A stretch of 27,286 bases of DNA, taken from an uncultured Gammaproteobacteria bacterium (lineage in GTDB: Bacteria > Patescibacteriota > Microgenomatia > UBA1406 > GWC2-37-13). The stretch spans positions 2,867 to 30,152 of the forward strand of contig CAYSLG010000001.1 of assembly GCA_964431935.1 (NCBI GenBank). The letters are read 5' to 3'. Under the pieces are notes generated by a model that searched no databases, was not told where the DNA came from, and worked only from the letters and a program-made list of their open reading frames with translations. Both the position numbers and the translations under genes were made by a program. Positions within the stretch are counted from its first letter, which is position 1. Every line of letters begins with the position of its first letter. Shown piece after piece: positions 8,916 through 16,414 of this stretch.

Positions 8916-10181
8916 TTAAGACTCAATGGAAAAAATAGGAAAATGCTCTATTGTGACCTTTGCCTCTTCCAGTTTATATTTATTTTCAGCATATAATGTG
9001 AGAAGAATGTCTCCCTTATCCAGAACTTGGTCAACTTTTTTTATCAAGTAGATACCGGCCATTTTATCATTCGGAGCTCCCAAAACCTTTGCAACCGTAT
9101 TGAGATTATAATTATTTATCTCCTTAATTTTACCAGAGCGGTTTGCTTTTAGCTCAAACTTGTGCTGTGGAAGTCGTAAAGCGTTGGAACTTATTTCATC
9201 AGAACCTTTTTGGGCGCGTACAATTTCTTTAAATTTTTTGAGAGCGCTTCCGTCGGTAAGTATTCTTTTTGCTTCATCCTCTCCGTTTTTTTTAATGCCG
9301 GCATCTTCAAAACATATGGTAAGAAGTTTGCCGGCAAGCCTCAAGGCCTTTGCCTCAAGTTTCACAGGACGCTCTTTTTTTTGTTCAAGAACATATAAAG
9401 CGTCGCGTCCCTCCAACAAAGGTCCAACGCCGTTTCCGGCAGGTTCAATGGTTTCGTTGATATCCGCAATAATCTTCATGCCGAATTTTTTTCCTAAGGC
9501 CTGGAATTTGCGCATGATTTTTTCAGCATCGGTGTAATGACGGATTTTCATGGTTTTTCCAACAGGAATATCAAGAATGACATGAGTAGTTGAAGCTGCT
9601 ATTTTTTTTGCCATGATTGAAACGATAATCTTGTCAAAGGACTCAAACATAAGCTGTTCTTCAATTTTGATGATGATGTCATCAGCCGGCGCTATGCCCA
9701 GATGCCCGCCCCACACGATACACCCGCCGACAGTATCTACAATATGGGATATGGTTTTTAAGTCAAATGTTACTTTTGCAAAAATTTCCATGACATCGGC
9801 GGTACCTGCGGGAGAGGTGATTGCTCGTGAAGATGTTTTGGGAATTTTGACCCCTGCCGCTGCGATAATCGGGACAATAATAAGGGTGGTGCGCGTTCCC
9901 GCAACGCCTCCGGTTGAATGTTTGTCTGCAATAATCCCGTCAAAATGCAGTCGGTTTCCGGTTTCTACCATGGCTTTTGTGAGAAAATATAATTCATCTG
10001 CAGAAAATCCTTCTTTGAAAGACGAGGCGACAAAATATGTTGTAAGAACATCGCTTAATCTCTGATTGGCGATTTCGTCCATGATGGCATAAATTTCCCT
10101 ATAGGTAAGTTTTTTTCCAAGGAGTTTTTTTTGGATTGCACTTACCGCTTGCATGATGCTTATATTCTTTTTGTCGCTCAT
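8916..10181 (-). CDS. AMP phosphorylase-type (archaeal thymidine-phosphorylase-like) nucleotide phosphorylase lacking the N-terminal extension
   Basis: DKHSTGGVAGTRTTLIIVPIIAAAG and KIPKTSSRAITSPAGTADVME match the AMP-phosphorylase subfamily. Classical DeoA/Pdp has KMSGRGLGHTGGTLDKLE instead. Start overlaps the murJ stop by 4 nt. Confidence 0.88.
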   Translation of the reverse strand: MSDKKNISIMQAVSAIQKKLLGKKLTYREIYAIMDEIANQRLSDVLTTYFVASSFKEGFSADELYFLTKAMVETGNRLHFDGIIADKHSTGGVAGTRTTLIIVPIIAAAGVKIPKTSSRAITSPAGTADVMEIFAKVTFDLKTISHIVDTVGGCIVWGGHLGIAPADDIIIKIEEQLMFESFDKIIVSIMAKKIAASTTHVILDIPVGKTMKIRHYTDAEKIMRKFQALGKKFGMKIIADINETIEPAGNGVGPLLEGRDALYVLEQKKERPVKLEAKALRLAGKLLTICFEDAGIKKNGEDEAKRILTDGSALKKFKEIVRAQKGSDEISSNALRLPQHKFELKANRSGKIKEINNYNLNTVAKVLGAPNDKMAGIYLIKKVDQVLDKGDILLTLYAENKYKLEEAKVTIEHFPIFSIES

Positions 10182-11803
10182 AAAGAACTATATATTGTAA
10201 CAATTTTTTTATGGTATTCTTTTGCTTTGGTGAGAAGCCGGCCGATAAGGTACATTTCCTGTATTTCAAAAAGCCAGCACAGACTTAGGTAAAGAAGCCC
10301 GAAAACGAACGATATCACCATAAGAAGAAAAAAAACATTGAGTGTTCGCGTCGTATCAAACACCAAGCCGTCCAACAATTTCATAAGTTTGTAAGCAATA
10401 ACGGAAGAAACAACGGAAGCGGAGAAGATTTTTGTAATCTCAACGAGAAGAAATTTGAAATTAAAGCCGTGCAACCGTTTTGAAAGAACAAAAATTAACA
10501 ATACGACATTCAGTATCATTGCGAATGAAAAAGAAATTCCCAGCGACCAGATGGGAAGTTTTAAAAACAGAATAAAATAAATACTCATAAAAGCATTGAC
10601 GCAGATGGAAAAAAGCCCCTGATAAAAAGGAGTTTTGCTGTCCAGAAGCGCATAAAAACAGCGGGTAAGAAAATAATAAATTGAATGGAATGGAAGAGAA
10701 AGAGAAAACGCAGAAAGAGTCATGGCGGTAAGAACCGTCGCGTCCCAGTCAAACTTTCCTCCTCCAAAAAAAAGACGAACCAGCGGTGTTCTGGCAAAAA
10801 TAAAAAGCCCCATAATCGGTATAGTAAAAAAAGAAAGATTTACGATAGAATCTACAATAATTTTTTTCATTTCCTCAATTTTTTTCTCCTGGTACATTTC
10901 CGAAAGATAGGGGAGGGAAGCCTGGCCGAATGCAACGCCGATGATTGACACAGGAAGAAGTTGAAGATGTTGAGCAAAGTAAAAAACCGTATATGATCCG
11001 GCGCCAACAAATGTTGTAAGAGTCAGATCTATCGTTGCATCAATTTGCGCAACGGTAACGGTAAGAACACGCGGAATAACCATGCGAAAAAAATCTTTTA
11101 ATCCGGTTGTCAGGCGAAGCGTAAACAGATACCGGTAGTCGCTGATAAAAAGGAAAGGGATTTGTATTATGAAAAAAAGAATTGCTCCTAAGACAACGCC
11201 GGCAATCGGAGCAAGAAGAAACATTTGCTGGGCAAGAAAAAATGTTGCGGCGATAATTGCGATGTTATAAAGAACAGGGGCAAGGGCGGAAAGGATAAAG
11301 ATTTTGTTTGCCTGACCAATACCGGTTAAAAAGTTTCCTAAAACTAAAAACGGGAGTTGTCCAACCAGTAAAATCCTTGAATAGGAAATAATCAATCCGT
11401 TTTTTTCAGCCGAGAACCCCGGCGTTATAAGAGGAATAAGAAATGGCATAACAAAAAACAGAATAGAAATAAAAGCAAAGAGAATAATAGATATTAAATT
11501 AATGATTGAAGAAATATTTTTGTGTAAATCAAGCTTTGTTTTTTGGTACTTGATAAAAATGGGGATAAATGAAGATGTGAGAGCGCCGGTGATGAGGATT
11601 TCAAAGATCAAGTCGGGGATACGGAAAGAAGCAAAAAAAATATCCAGTTCTTCCTTGGTAAAATACCCTGCCAGAATACGGTATCGTAGAAAGCCAAACC
11701 CTCTGGAAAGCATGAGTGTAAAAGAAAGAATAATCGCCGAAGATATAATACTGCCTTGTTTTACAAGAATAAAATTCTTTGTTCTGTCCAGAAATTTTTC
11801 CAT
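10178..11803 (-). CDS. murJ: Lipid II flippase MurJ (MviN)
   Basis: Polytopic membrane protein with SRGFGFLRYRILAGYF, FRIPDLIFEILITGALTSSFIP and RCFYALLDSKTP. Start reassigned to ATG 11803 (MEKFL), 7 nt after a TACAAT box; the track start at 11863 runs through the mraZ promoter. Confidence 0.94.
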   Translation of the reverse strand: MEKFLDRTKNFILVKQGSIISSAIILSFTLMLSRGFGFLRYRILAGYFTKEELDIFFASFRIPDLIFEILITGALTSSFIPIFIKYQKTKLDLHKNISSIINLISIILFAFISILFFVMPFLIPLITPGFSAEKNGLIISYSRILLVGQLPFLVLGNFLTGIGQANKIFILSALAPVLYNIAIIAATFFLAQQMFLLAPIAGVVLGAILFFIIQIPFLFISDYRYLFTLRLTTGLKDFFRMVIPRVLTVTVAQIDATIDLTLTTFVGAGSYTVFYFAQHLQLLPVSIIGVAFGQASLPYLSEMYQEKKIEEMKKIIVDSIVNLSFFTIPIMGLFIFARTPLVRLFFGGGKFDWDATVLTAMTLSAFSLSLPFHSIYYFLTRCFYALLDSKTPFYQGLFSICVNAFMSIYFILFLKLPIWSLGISFSFAMILNVVLLIFVLSKRLHGFNFKFLLVEITKIFSASVVSSVIAYKLMKLLDGLVFDTTRTLNVFFLLMVISFVFGLLYLSLCWLFEIQEMYLIGRLLTKAKEYHKKIVTIYSSL

Positions 11804-11810
11804 TGCTCCC

Positions 11811-11840
11811 ATTGTAATGGTTTTTATCCATACTCTGCAA
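11811..11840 (-). promoter_or_regulatory. sigma70-type promoter of the murJ-phosphorylase-mltG operon
   Basis: Minus strand TTGCAG (11840-11835), 18-nt spacer, TACAAT (11816-11811). Confidence 0.6.
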
Positions 11841-11856
11841 GAGGATTCTCTTCTCC

Positions 11857-11885
11857 TTGACAAACGGTTTAAAATGGTTTTAAAT
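11857..11885 (+). promoter_or_regulatory. sigma70-type promoter of the dcw operon
   Basis: Perfect TTGACA (11857-11862), 17-nt spacer, TTAAAT (11880-11885, 4/6 match); ATG lies 8 nt downstream. Confidence 0.65.
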
Positions 11886-11910
11886 GGTTATATATGGTGT
11901 TTTTTGGTGA
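11861..11910 (+). promoter_or_regulatory. Putative MraZ operator: five direct repeats with a (T/C)GGT core at 10-bp period
   Basis: CAAACGGTTT / AAAATGGTTT / TAAATGGTTA / TATATGGTGT / TTTTTGGTGA. Characterised MraZ sites are short G-rich boxes at 10-bp period upstream of mraZ. Confidence 0.78.
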
Positions 11911-12289
11911 ATACTCTGTTTCATTTACCGCTCCAGGGCGGATTGTATTGCCCAAAAAACTCCGCGAACTTTTAAAAGGAAATATTTTTGTTCTGACAAA
12001 AGGTTTTGATTTCTGTTTGGCCGGATATGACAAAGAAGATTGGGAAGGAAGAGCGAAGGCTTTGTTACATGTTCCGCTTCTTGAAAAAGAGAATCTTGAA
12101 AAAAGAAGGTTTTTGTTTTCTTCTGCCGTATATCTGGAAATTGACGAACAGGGAAGATTTGTCATTTCAAGAAATCTTCTGCAATATGCGGGGTTGCATG
12201 AAAAAGTGCTGATTATCGGAATCGGCGACCATTTTGAAATCTGGGAAGAGAAGCGGTGGGAAAAATATATAAAAACAGCAAACAATTAA
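11894..12289 (+). CDS. mraZ: Division/cell-wall cluster transcriptional repressor MraZ
   Basis: FFGEY, GRIVLPKKLR, LTKGFDFCL, EIDEQGRFVI, IIGIGDHFEIW (two SpoVT/AbrB repeats); upstream of rsmH. Confidence 0.96.
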   Translation: MVFFGEYSVSFTAPGRIVLPKKLRELLKGNIFVLTKGFDFCLAGYDKEDWEGRAKALLHVPLLEKENLEKRRFLFSSAVYLEIDEQGRFVISRNLLQYAGLHEKVLIIGIGDHFEIWEEKRWEKYIKTANN

Positions 12290-12299
12290 CGAATTAACG
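12284..12299 (+). repeat. Tandem 8-mer (AATTAACG)x2 spanning the mraZ stop codon
   Basis: Read directly; the same unit recurs at 15087-15109. Confidence 0.7.
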
Positions 12300-12311
12300 G
12301 ATTTTGTGAGT

Positions 12312-13142
12312 ATGCATACGCCAGTACTTTTGCAGGAAGTAATAGAAGCTTTAGAAATACGCAAAGGAGGCAAATATATAGACGCAACATTCGGCGAGGG
12401 AGGACACGCAAAGGCAATTATAAAACAAGGAGGAAGAGTATTAGGAATTGAGCGAGACATGAATCAAATTCAACGTTCAATGTTCAACGTTCAACGCTCA
12501 GAAAAACTTATTCTCATACATGGGAATTTTGCCGATATAGAAGAGATTGCAAGAAAGAATGGTTTTTTTCCCGCAGACGGCATCGTATTTGATCTTGGGT
12601 TGTCAATGAGACAATTGCAGGAAGGAAAAAAAGGACTGTCATATAAAAAAAAAGACGAACCGCTTGATATGAGAATGGATGAGGCAATTGAAAAAAATGC
12701 ATCGGAACTTGTTAATAGTTTATCCGCCGAAGAATTGTATGAAATATTTTCGCGATATTCTGAAGAAATCAATTCTCGGGCAATTGCTCATACTCTTGTT
12801 CGGTCCCGTTCTGTAAAAAAGATACAAAGCGTTGGAGATGTATTAACTCTTATTGACAGTGCCATCGGAAAAAGCGATGTAAAAGTGTATAGCAGGATTT
12901 TTCAGGCGCTGCGAATTGCAGTGAATGGCGAGTTTGACAATGTAACAAAAGGGTTGGAAGGAGCAATAAAAATAACAAGAGACGGCGGAAAAATTGCCGT
13001 AATTTCTTTTCATTCTCTTGAAGACAGAATAATTAAACAATTCATCAGAGGTTATGGATTTAAGCAAGATTTGATATCGGGAGAAAAGGGATATTCATTT
13101 GAGCGTTCGGCAAAATTACGAATTATACACAAAACAACATAA
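12312..13142 (+). CDS. rsmH: 16S rRNA m4C1402 methyltransferase RsmH (MraW)
   Basis: HTPVLLQEV, YIDATFGEGGHA, FDLGLS, PLDMRMD, FQALRIAVN, ISFHSLEDRIIK, RSAKLR. ATG 12312 preferred over GTG 12306. Confidence 0.96.
   Translation: MHTPVLLQEVIEALEIRKGGKYIDATFGEGGHAKAIIKQGGRVLGIERDMNQIQRSMFNVQRSEKLILIHGNFADIEEIARKNGFFPADGIVFDLGLSMRQLQEGKKGLSYKKKDEPLDMRMDEAIEKNASELVNSLSAEELYEIFSRYSEEINSRAIAHTLVRSRSVKKIQSVGDVLTLIDSAIGKSDVKVYSRIFQALRIAVNGEFDNVTKGLEGAIKITRDGGKIAVISFHSLEDRIIKQFIRGYGFKQDLISGEKGYSFERSAKLRIIHKTT
12469..12496 (+). repeat. In-frame heptad array (TTCAA[C/T]G)x4 inside rsmH
   Basis: TTCAACG TTCAATG TTCAACG TTCAACG, encoding part of IQRSMFNVQRS. Confidence 0.85.
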
Positions 13143-13146
13143 TAGC

Positions 13147-13425
13147 ATGAAACAGTTTATATCCTACATATTTTTGGTTGTTTTTTTAGTACTTATGACG
13201 GTAAATGTTTTTGTTTTTATGTCGGGTATACGGCTCAGTGATGAAATTAGCAAATACGACAAAGAAACAATGGTTTTAAAAAAGGAAAATACAGAGCTTG
13301 AAAAACAGGTGTATGAAATTTCTTCCCTACAGTATGCGGCGTCAATATCCGCCCAGCTTGATTTTTCTCAAGAAGCGGAACCCATATATTTTAGCAGCCT
13401 CAAATATGCTTTAAACCGACAATAA
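13147..13425 (+). CDS. ftsL: FtsL-like bitopic division protein
   Basis: 92 aa from ATG 13147: one TM segment followed by a coiled-coil-like stretch. Sits between rsmH and ftsI; the call rests on position and topology. Confidence 0.7.
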   Translation: MKQFISYIFLVVFLVLMTVNVFVFMSGIRLSDEISKYDKETMVLKKENTELEKQVYEISSLQYAASISAQLDFSQEAEPIYFSSLKYALNRQ

Positions 13426-13429
13426 AAAA

Positions 13430-15085
13430 ATGTTGAAAGCAAAACTTTTATTTCTTCTGATAAGCGTTTGTTTTATCGTTGTTATAGCAAAACTTTTTTT
13501 TATACAAATTATTACTCCGCATAATTTTATTCAAAATAATATAGCGACAAAGCGGATTCTTCCTGAGCGGGGCAAAGTATATGACAGAAATAAAGAGCCT
13601 TTGGCTGTAAACCAGACAACATATCAACTCTATTTTGAACCGAAACATATAGAGGACGCGTTTCTTACCGTAAAGGGAATTGAGAGTATTCTAAAAATCG
13701 GTGAAGCAACGCTGGAAGGAAAAATTGACAGGTCAAAAGACTGGGTTGCGGTAACGGCAGGAATTGAAGAAAAACAAAAAGAGGAGCTGGAGCGCTTAAA
13801 ATTGAAAGGAATAGGATTTTTGGAGGAGTCAAGAAGATATTACCCGGAAGGGTCATTGTCTGCTCATCTTCTGGGGTTTGTCGGAAAAAATGAAGAAGGG
13901 GACAATATAGGATATTTTGGATTGGAGGGGTTTTATGATAAAGATTTAACAGGTCTTCCCGGTCTTATAAAATCAGAAGAAGATCTTGCGGGAAAAGCAA
14001 TATTTGTCGGCACACAAAACAAAATTGATCCGGAAAACGGAAGAGACCTCATTCTTACTCTTGATAAGTCAGTCCAGAAAATCATAAAAACAAGGCTTCA
14101 GAGAGGTATGGAGCGCTATGAGGCAAAAGAGGGATGTATTATTGTGGCAGATCCCGGCAATGGAGAAGTTCTCGGATTATCGTGTCTTCCGGATTTTGAT
14201 CAGGATCAATACTACCGGTTTTCGGAGCTTTTTTTCATGAATTCTTCAATATCCGGCGGGTATGAGCCCGGATCAACATTTAAACCTCTTGTTGTGGCTG
14301 CTGCGCTTGAAGAAAAAGCAATCAAACCCGACGATGTTTTTCAGGAAGATGGACCGGTTACCGTTGGAGACTATGTTATTAGAACATGGAATAACAAATA
14401 TGAAGGAAAAATTTCTATGACGCGAATTTTGGAAAAATCATCTAATGTAGGTATGGTATATATAGGAGAGAAGCTTGGGGATAAAAAAATATATGAATAT
14501 ATTAAAAAACTTGGATTCGCAGAATTGACGGGTATTGATTTGCAGGGCGAAATTGCAGGATATTTACGGCCCCGTCAGCAGTGGTATCCGATTGATTATG
14601 CAACGGCAACATTCGGACAGGGAATTGCAGTGACGCCAATACAGATGATACGGGCTTTTTCAGCTCTGGTAAATGGGGGAGAGCTTTATAAGCCGTTTAC
14701 GGTCCGCGCAATGGTATCACAGGGTACGGAACGGATTATTCACCCGAAAAAAGAAAAGACTATCTTCAGCAAACAAGTATCCGAGACAATAAAAAAAATG
14801 CTTGTTTCAACGATTGAAAACGGAGACGCCAGATGGGCAAAGCCAAAAGGATACACAATCGGAGGAAAAACCGGTACAGCGCAAATCCCAATCAAAGGCC
14901 ATTATGATCCCACAAAAACAATTGCGGCTTTTATCGGATTTGCGCCAGCAAACAATCCTCGTTTTATTGCCATGGTTATATTGAGAGAACCGCAGTCGTC
15001 GCAATGGGGCTCTGAAACAGCAGCTCCTCTGTTTTTTGAAATAGCGAAGGATTTGTTAGTGTACTATAATATAGGCCTACAATAA
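13430..15085 (+). CDS. ftsI: Class B penicillin-binding protein (FtsI/PBP2-type transpeptidase)
   Basis: N-terminal TM, RGKVYDRN, RYYPEG, SxxK (GSTFKP), SxN (KSSNVG), KTG (GKTGTAQ); dcw position. Confidence 0.93.
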   Translation: MLKAKLLFLLISVCFIVVIAKLFFIQIITPHNFIQNNIATKRILPERGKVYDRNKEPLAVNQTTYQLYFEPKHIEDAFLTVKGIESILKIGEATLEGKIDRSKDWVAVTAGIEEKQKEELERLKLKGIGFLEESRRYYPEGSLSAHLLGFVGKNEEGDNIGYFGLEGFYDKDLTGLPGLIKSEEDLAGKAIFVGTQNKIDPENGRDLILTLDKSVQKIIKTRLQRGMERYEAKEGCIIVADPGNGEVLGLSCLPDFDQDQYYRFSELFFMNSSISGGYEPGSTFKPLVVAAALEEKAIKPDDVFQEDGPVTVGDYVIRTWNNKYEGKISMTRILEKSSNVGMVYIGEKLGDKKIYEYIKKLGFAELTGIDLQGEIAGYLRPRQQWYPIDYATATFGQGIAVTPIQMIRAFSALVNGGELYKPFTVRAMVSQGTERIIHPKKEKTIFSKQVSETIKKMLVSTIENGDARWAKPKGYTIGGKTGTAQIPIKGHYDPTKTIAAFIGFAPANNPRFIAMVILREPQSSQWGSETAAPLFFEIAKDLLVYYNIGLQ

Positions 15086-15086
15086 A

Positions 15087-15109
15087 AATTAACGAATTAA
15101 CGAATTAAC
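15087..15109 (+). repeat. Tandem 8-mer (AATTAACG) x about 3 directly after the ftsI stop
   Basis: AATTAACG AATTAACG AATTAAC read directly. Confidence 0.8.
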
Positions 15110-15126
15110 AACAAGAATAATAAAAT

Positions 15127-16350
15127 ATGTTTCAAAAAATAAAAAATACTTATCATCTCCTAAAGGCAATAATTGCGAATGTATGGTACGGATTTCCCAG
15201 CCGAAAACTTTCGGTAATTGGCGTGACCGGAACAGACGGAAAAACAACAACCTCCCATCTTATATACCATATCCTTCAGGCTGCGGGAAAAAAAGCATCC
15301 CTTATTTCCAGCGTATATGCAAAAATAGGAGGGAAAGAATATACTACCGGTCTTCATACGACAACACCCGATGCATTCTATGTGCAAAAACTTATTGCCG
15401 CCGCGGTTTCGCATGAAGACGAATACCTTGTATTGGAGGTTACCTCTCACGCTTTGGATCAAAACAGAGTGTTCGGGATTCATTTTACAGCCGGTGTTTT
15501 AACCAATATTACCCGCGAACATTTGGATTACCACAAAACATACAATCAGTATTTACAGGCAAAAGCAAAATTGTTTTTCAATACGGAGAAAATTATCATA
15601 AACACCGACGATAATTCATTCGCCATGCTCTCAACATATCTGAAAACTATGCGGAAAACATTCCATACATATGGATTTTCAAAAAAGGCTGATTTTCAAA
15701 ATAATATTGGAACAATAATCAATCAGGAACTTCCGAAATTCAATTCATATAATTTTCTTGCAGCATATTCAACAGCCATGCTGTTGAATATTCCGGAAAA
15801 AATAATTATTCATGCAATAAAAACATTCAAACTTCCAACAGGAAGATTGGATGCGGTATATGAAAATTCATTCAAAATTATCGTTGACTTTGCCCATACG
15901 CCAAACGCAATTGACTCGCTATTGCAATATATAAAAAAAACATATGGCGAAACAGGCAGGATTATTCATGTTTTCGGGTCTGCAGGTCTGCGCGATTTTA
16001 CAAAACGTCCGCTTATGGGCGAGATGAGCGGGAAATGGGCAGATGCGGTTATTATTACCGAAGAGGATTACCGCACCGAAGATCCGGAAAAAATCTCAAA
16101 ACAAATAGCTGAAGGTTTGGAGAAGAACGGTTTTATGTATAAAAAAGATTTTACCGCAGATAAAAAAACCTATACTGTCATTATTGACAGAAAAACAGCG
16201 ATTAAAAAAGCAATCTCAATTGCGCAAAAAAGAGATGTGATTATTTTAACAGGAAAAGGCCATGAGCAAAGCCTCTGCAGAGGGACGGTTGAGTATCCGT
16301 GGGATGATAGGAAAGAAGTACTTAAGATAATCAATAATATAAAAATGTAA
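15127..16350 (+). CDS. murE: MurE-family UDP-MurNAc-dipeptide ligase, N-terminally truncated
   Basis: VIGVTGTDGKTTT, HTTTPDA, LEVTSHALDQNRV, TNITREHLDYH, VDFAHTPNA, VFGSAGLRD, LTGKGHE. 407 aa with the P-loop at about residue 35. Confidence 0.9.
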   Translation: MFQKIKNTYHLLKAIIANVWYGFPSRKLSVIGVTGTDGKTTTSHLIYHILQAAGKKASLISSVYAKIGGKEYTTGLHTTTPDAFYVQKLIAAAVSHEDEYLVLEVTSHALDQNRVFGIHFTAGVLTNITREHLDYHKTYNQYLQAKAKLFFNTEKIIINTDDNSFAMLSTYLKTMRKTFHTYGFSKKADFQNNIGTIINQELPKFNSYNFLAAYSTAMLLNIPEKIIIHAIKTFKLPTGRLDAVYENSFKIIVDFAHTPNAIDSLLQYIKKTYGETGRIIHVFGSAGLRDFTKRPLMGEMSGKWADAVIITEEDYRTEDPEKISKQIAEGLEKNGFMYKKDFTADKKTYTVIIDRKTAIKKAISIAQKRDVIILTGKGHEQSLCRGTVEYPWDDRKEVLKIINNIKM

Positions 16351-16384
16351 AAAGAAAAAACTTTTTAAGATTTTACATTGTTAT
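16339..16384 (+). terminator. Weak AT-rich inverted repeat followed by a T-rich tract; possible terminator or attenuator after murE
   Basis: ATAAAAATGTAAAA (16339-16352) and TTTTACATTGTTAT (16371-16384) pair at 13/14 positions. The stem has almost no GC, so function is doubtful. Confidence 0.25.
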
Positions 16385-16414
16385 TTTTATATTTTATTTT
16401 TTATTTTTTCATTC

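Noticed and set aside
11804-11863. Extended murJ N-terminus (MSRRRESSC...) from the ORF track
   Set aside because: It runs through both divergent promoters; ATG 11803 fits a -10 box and gives a normal MurJ length.
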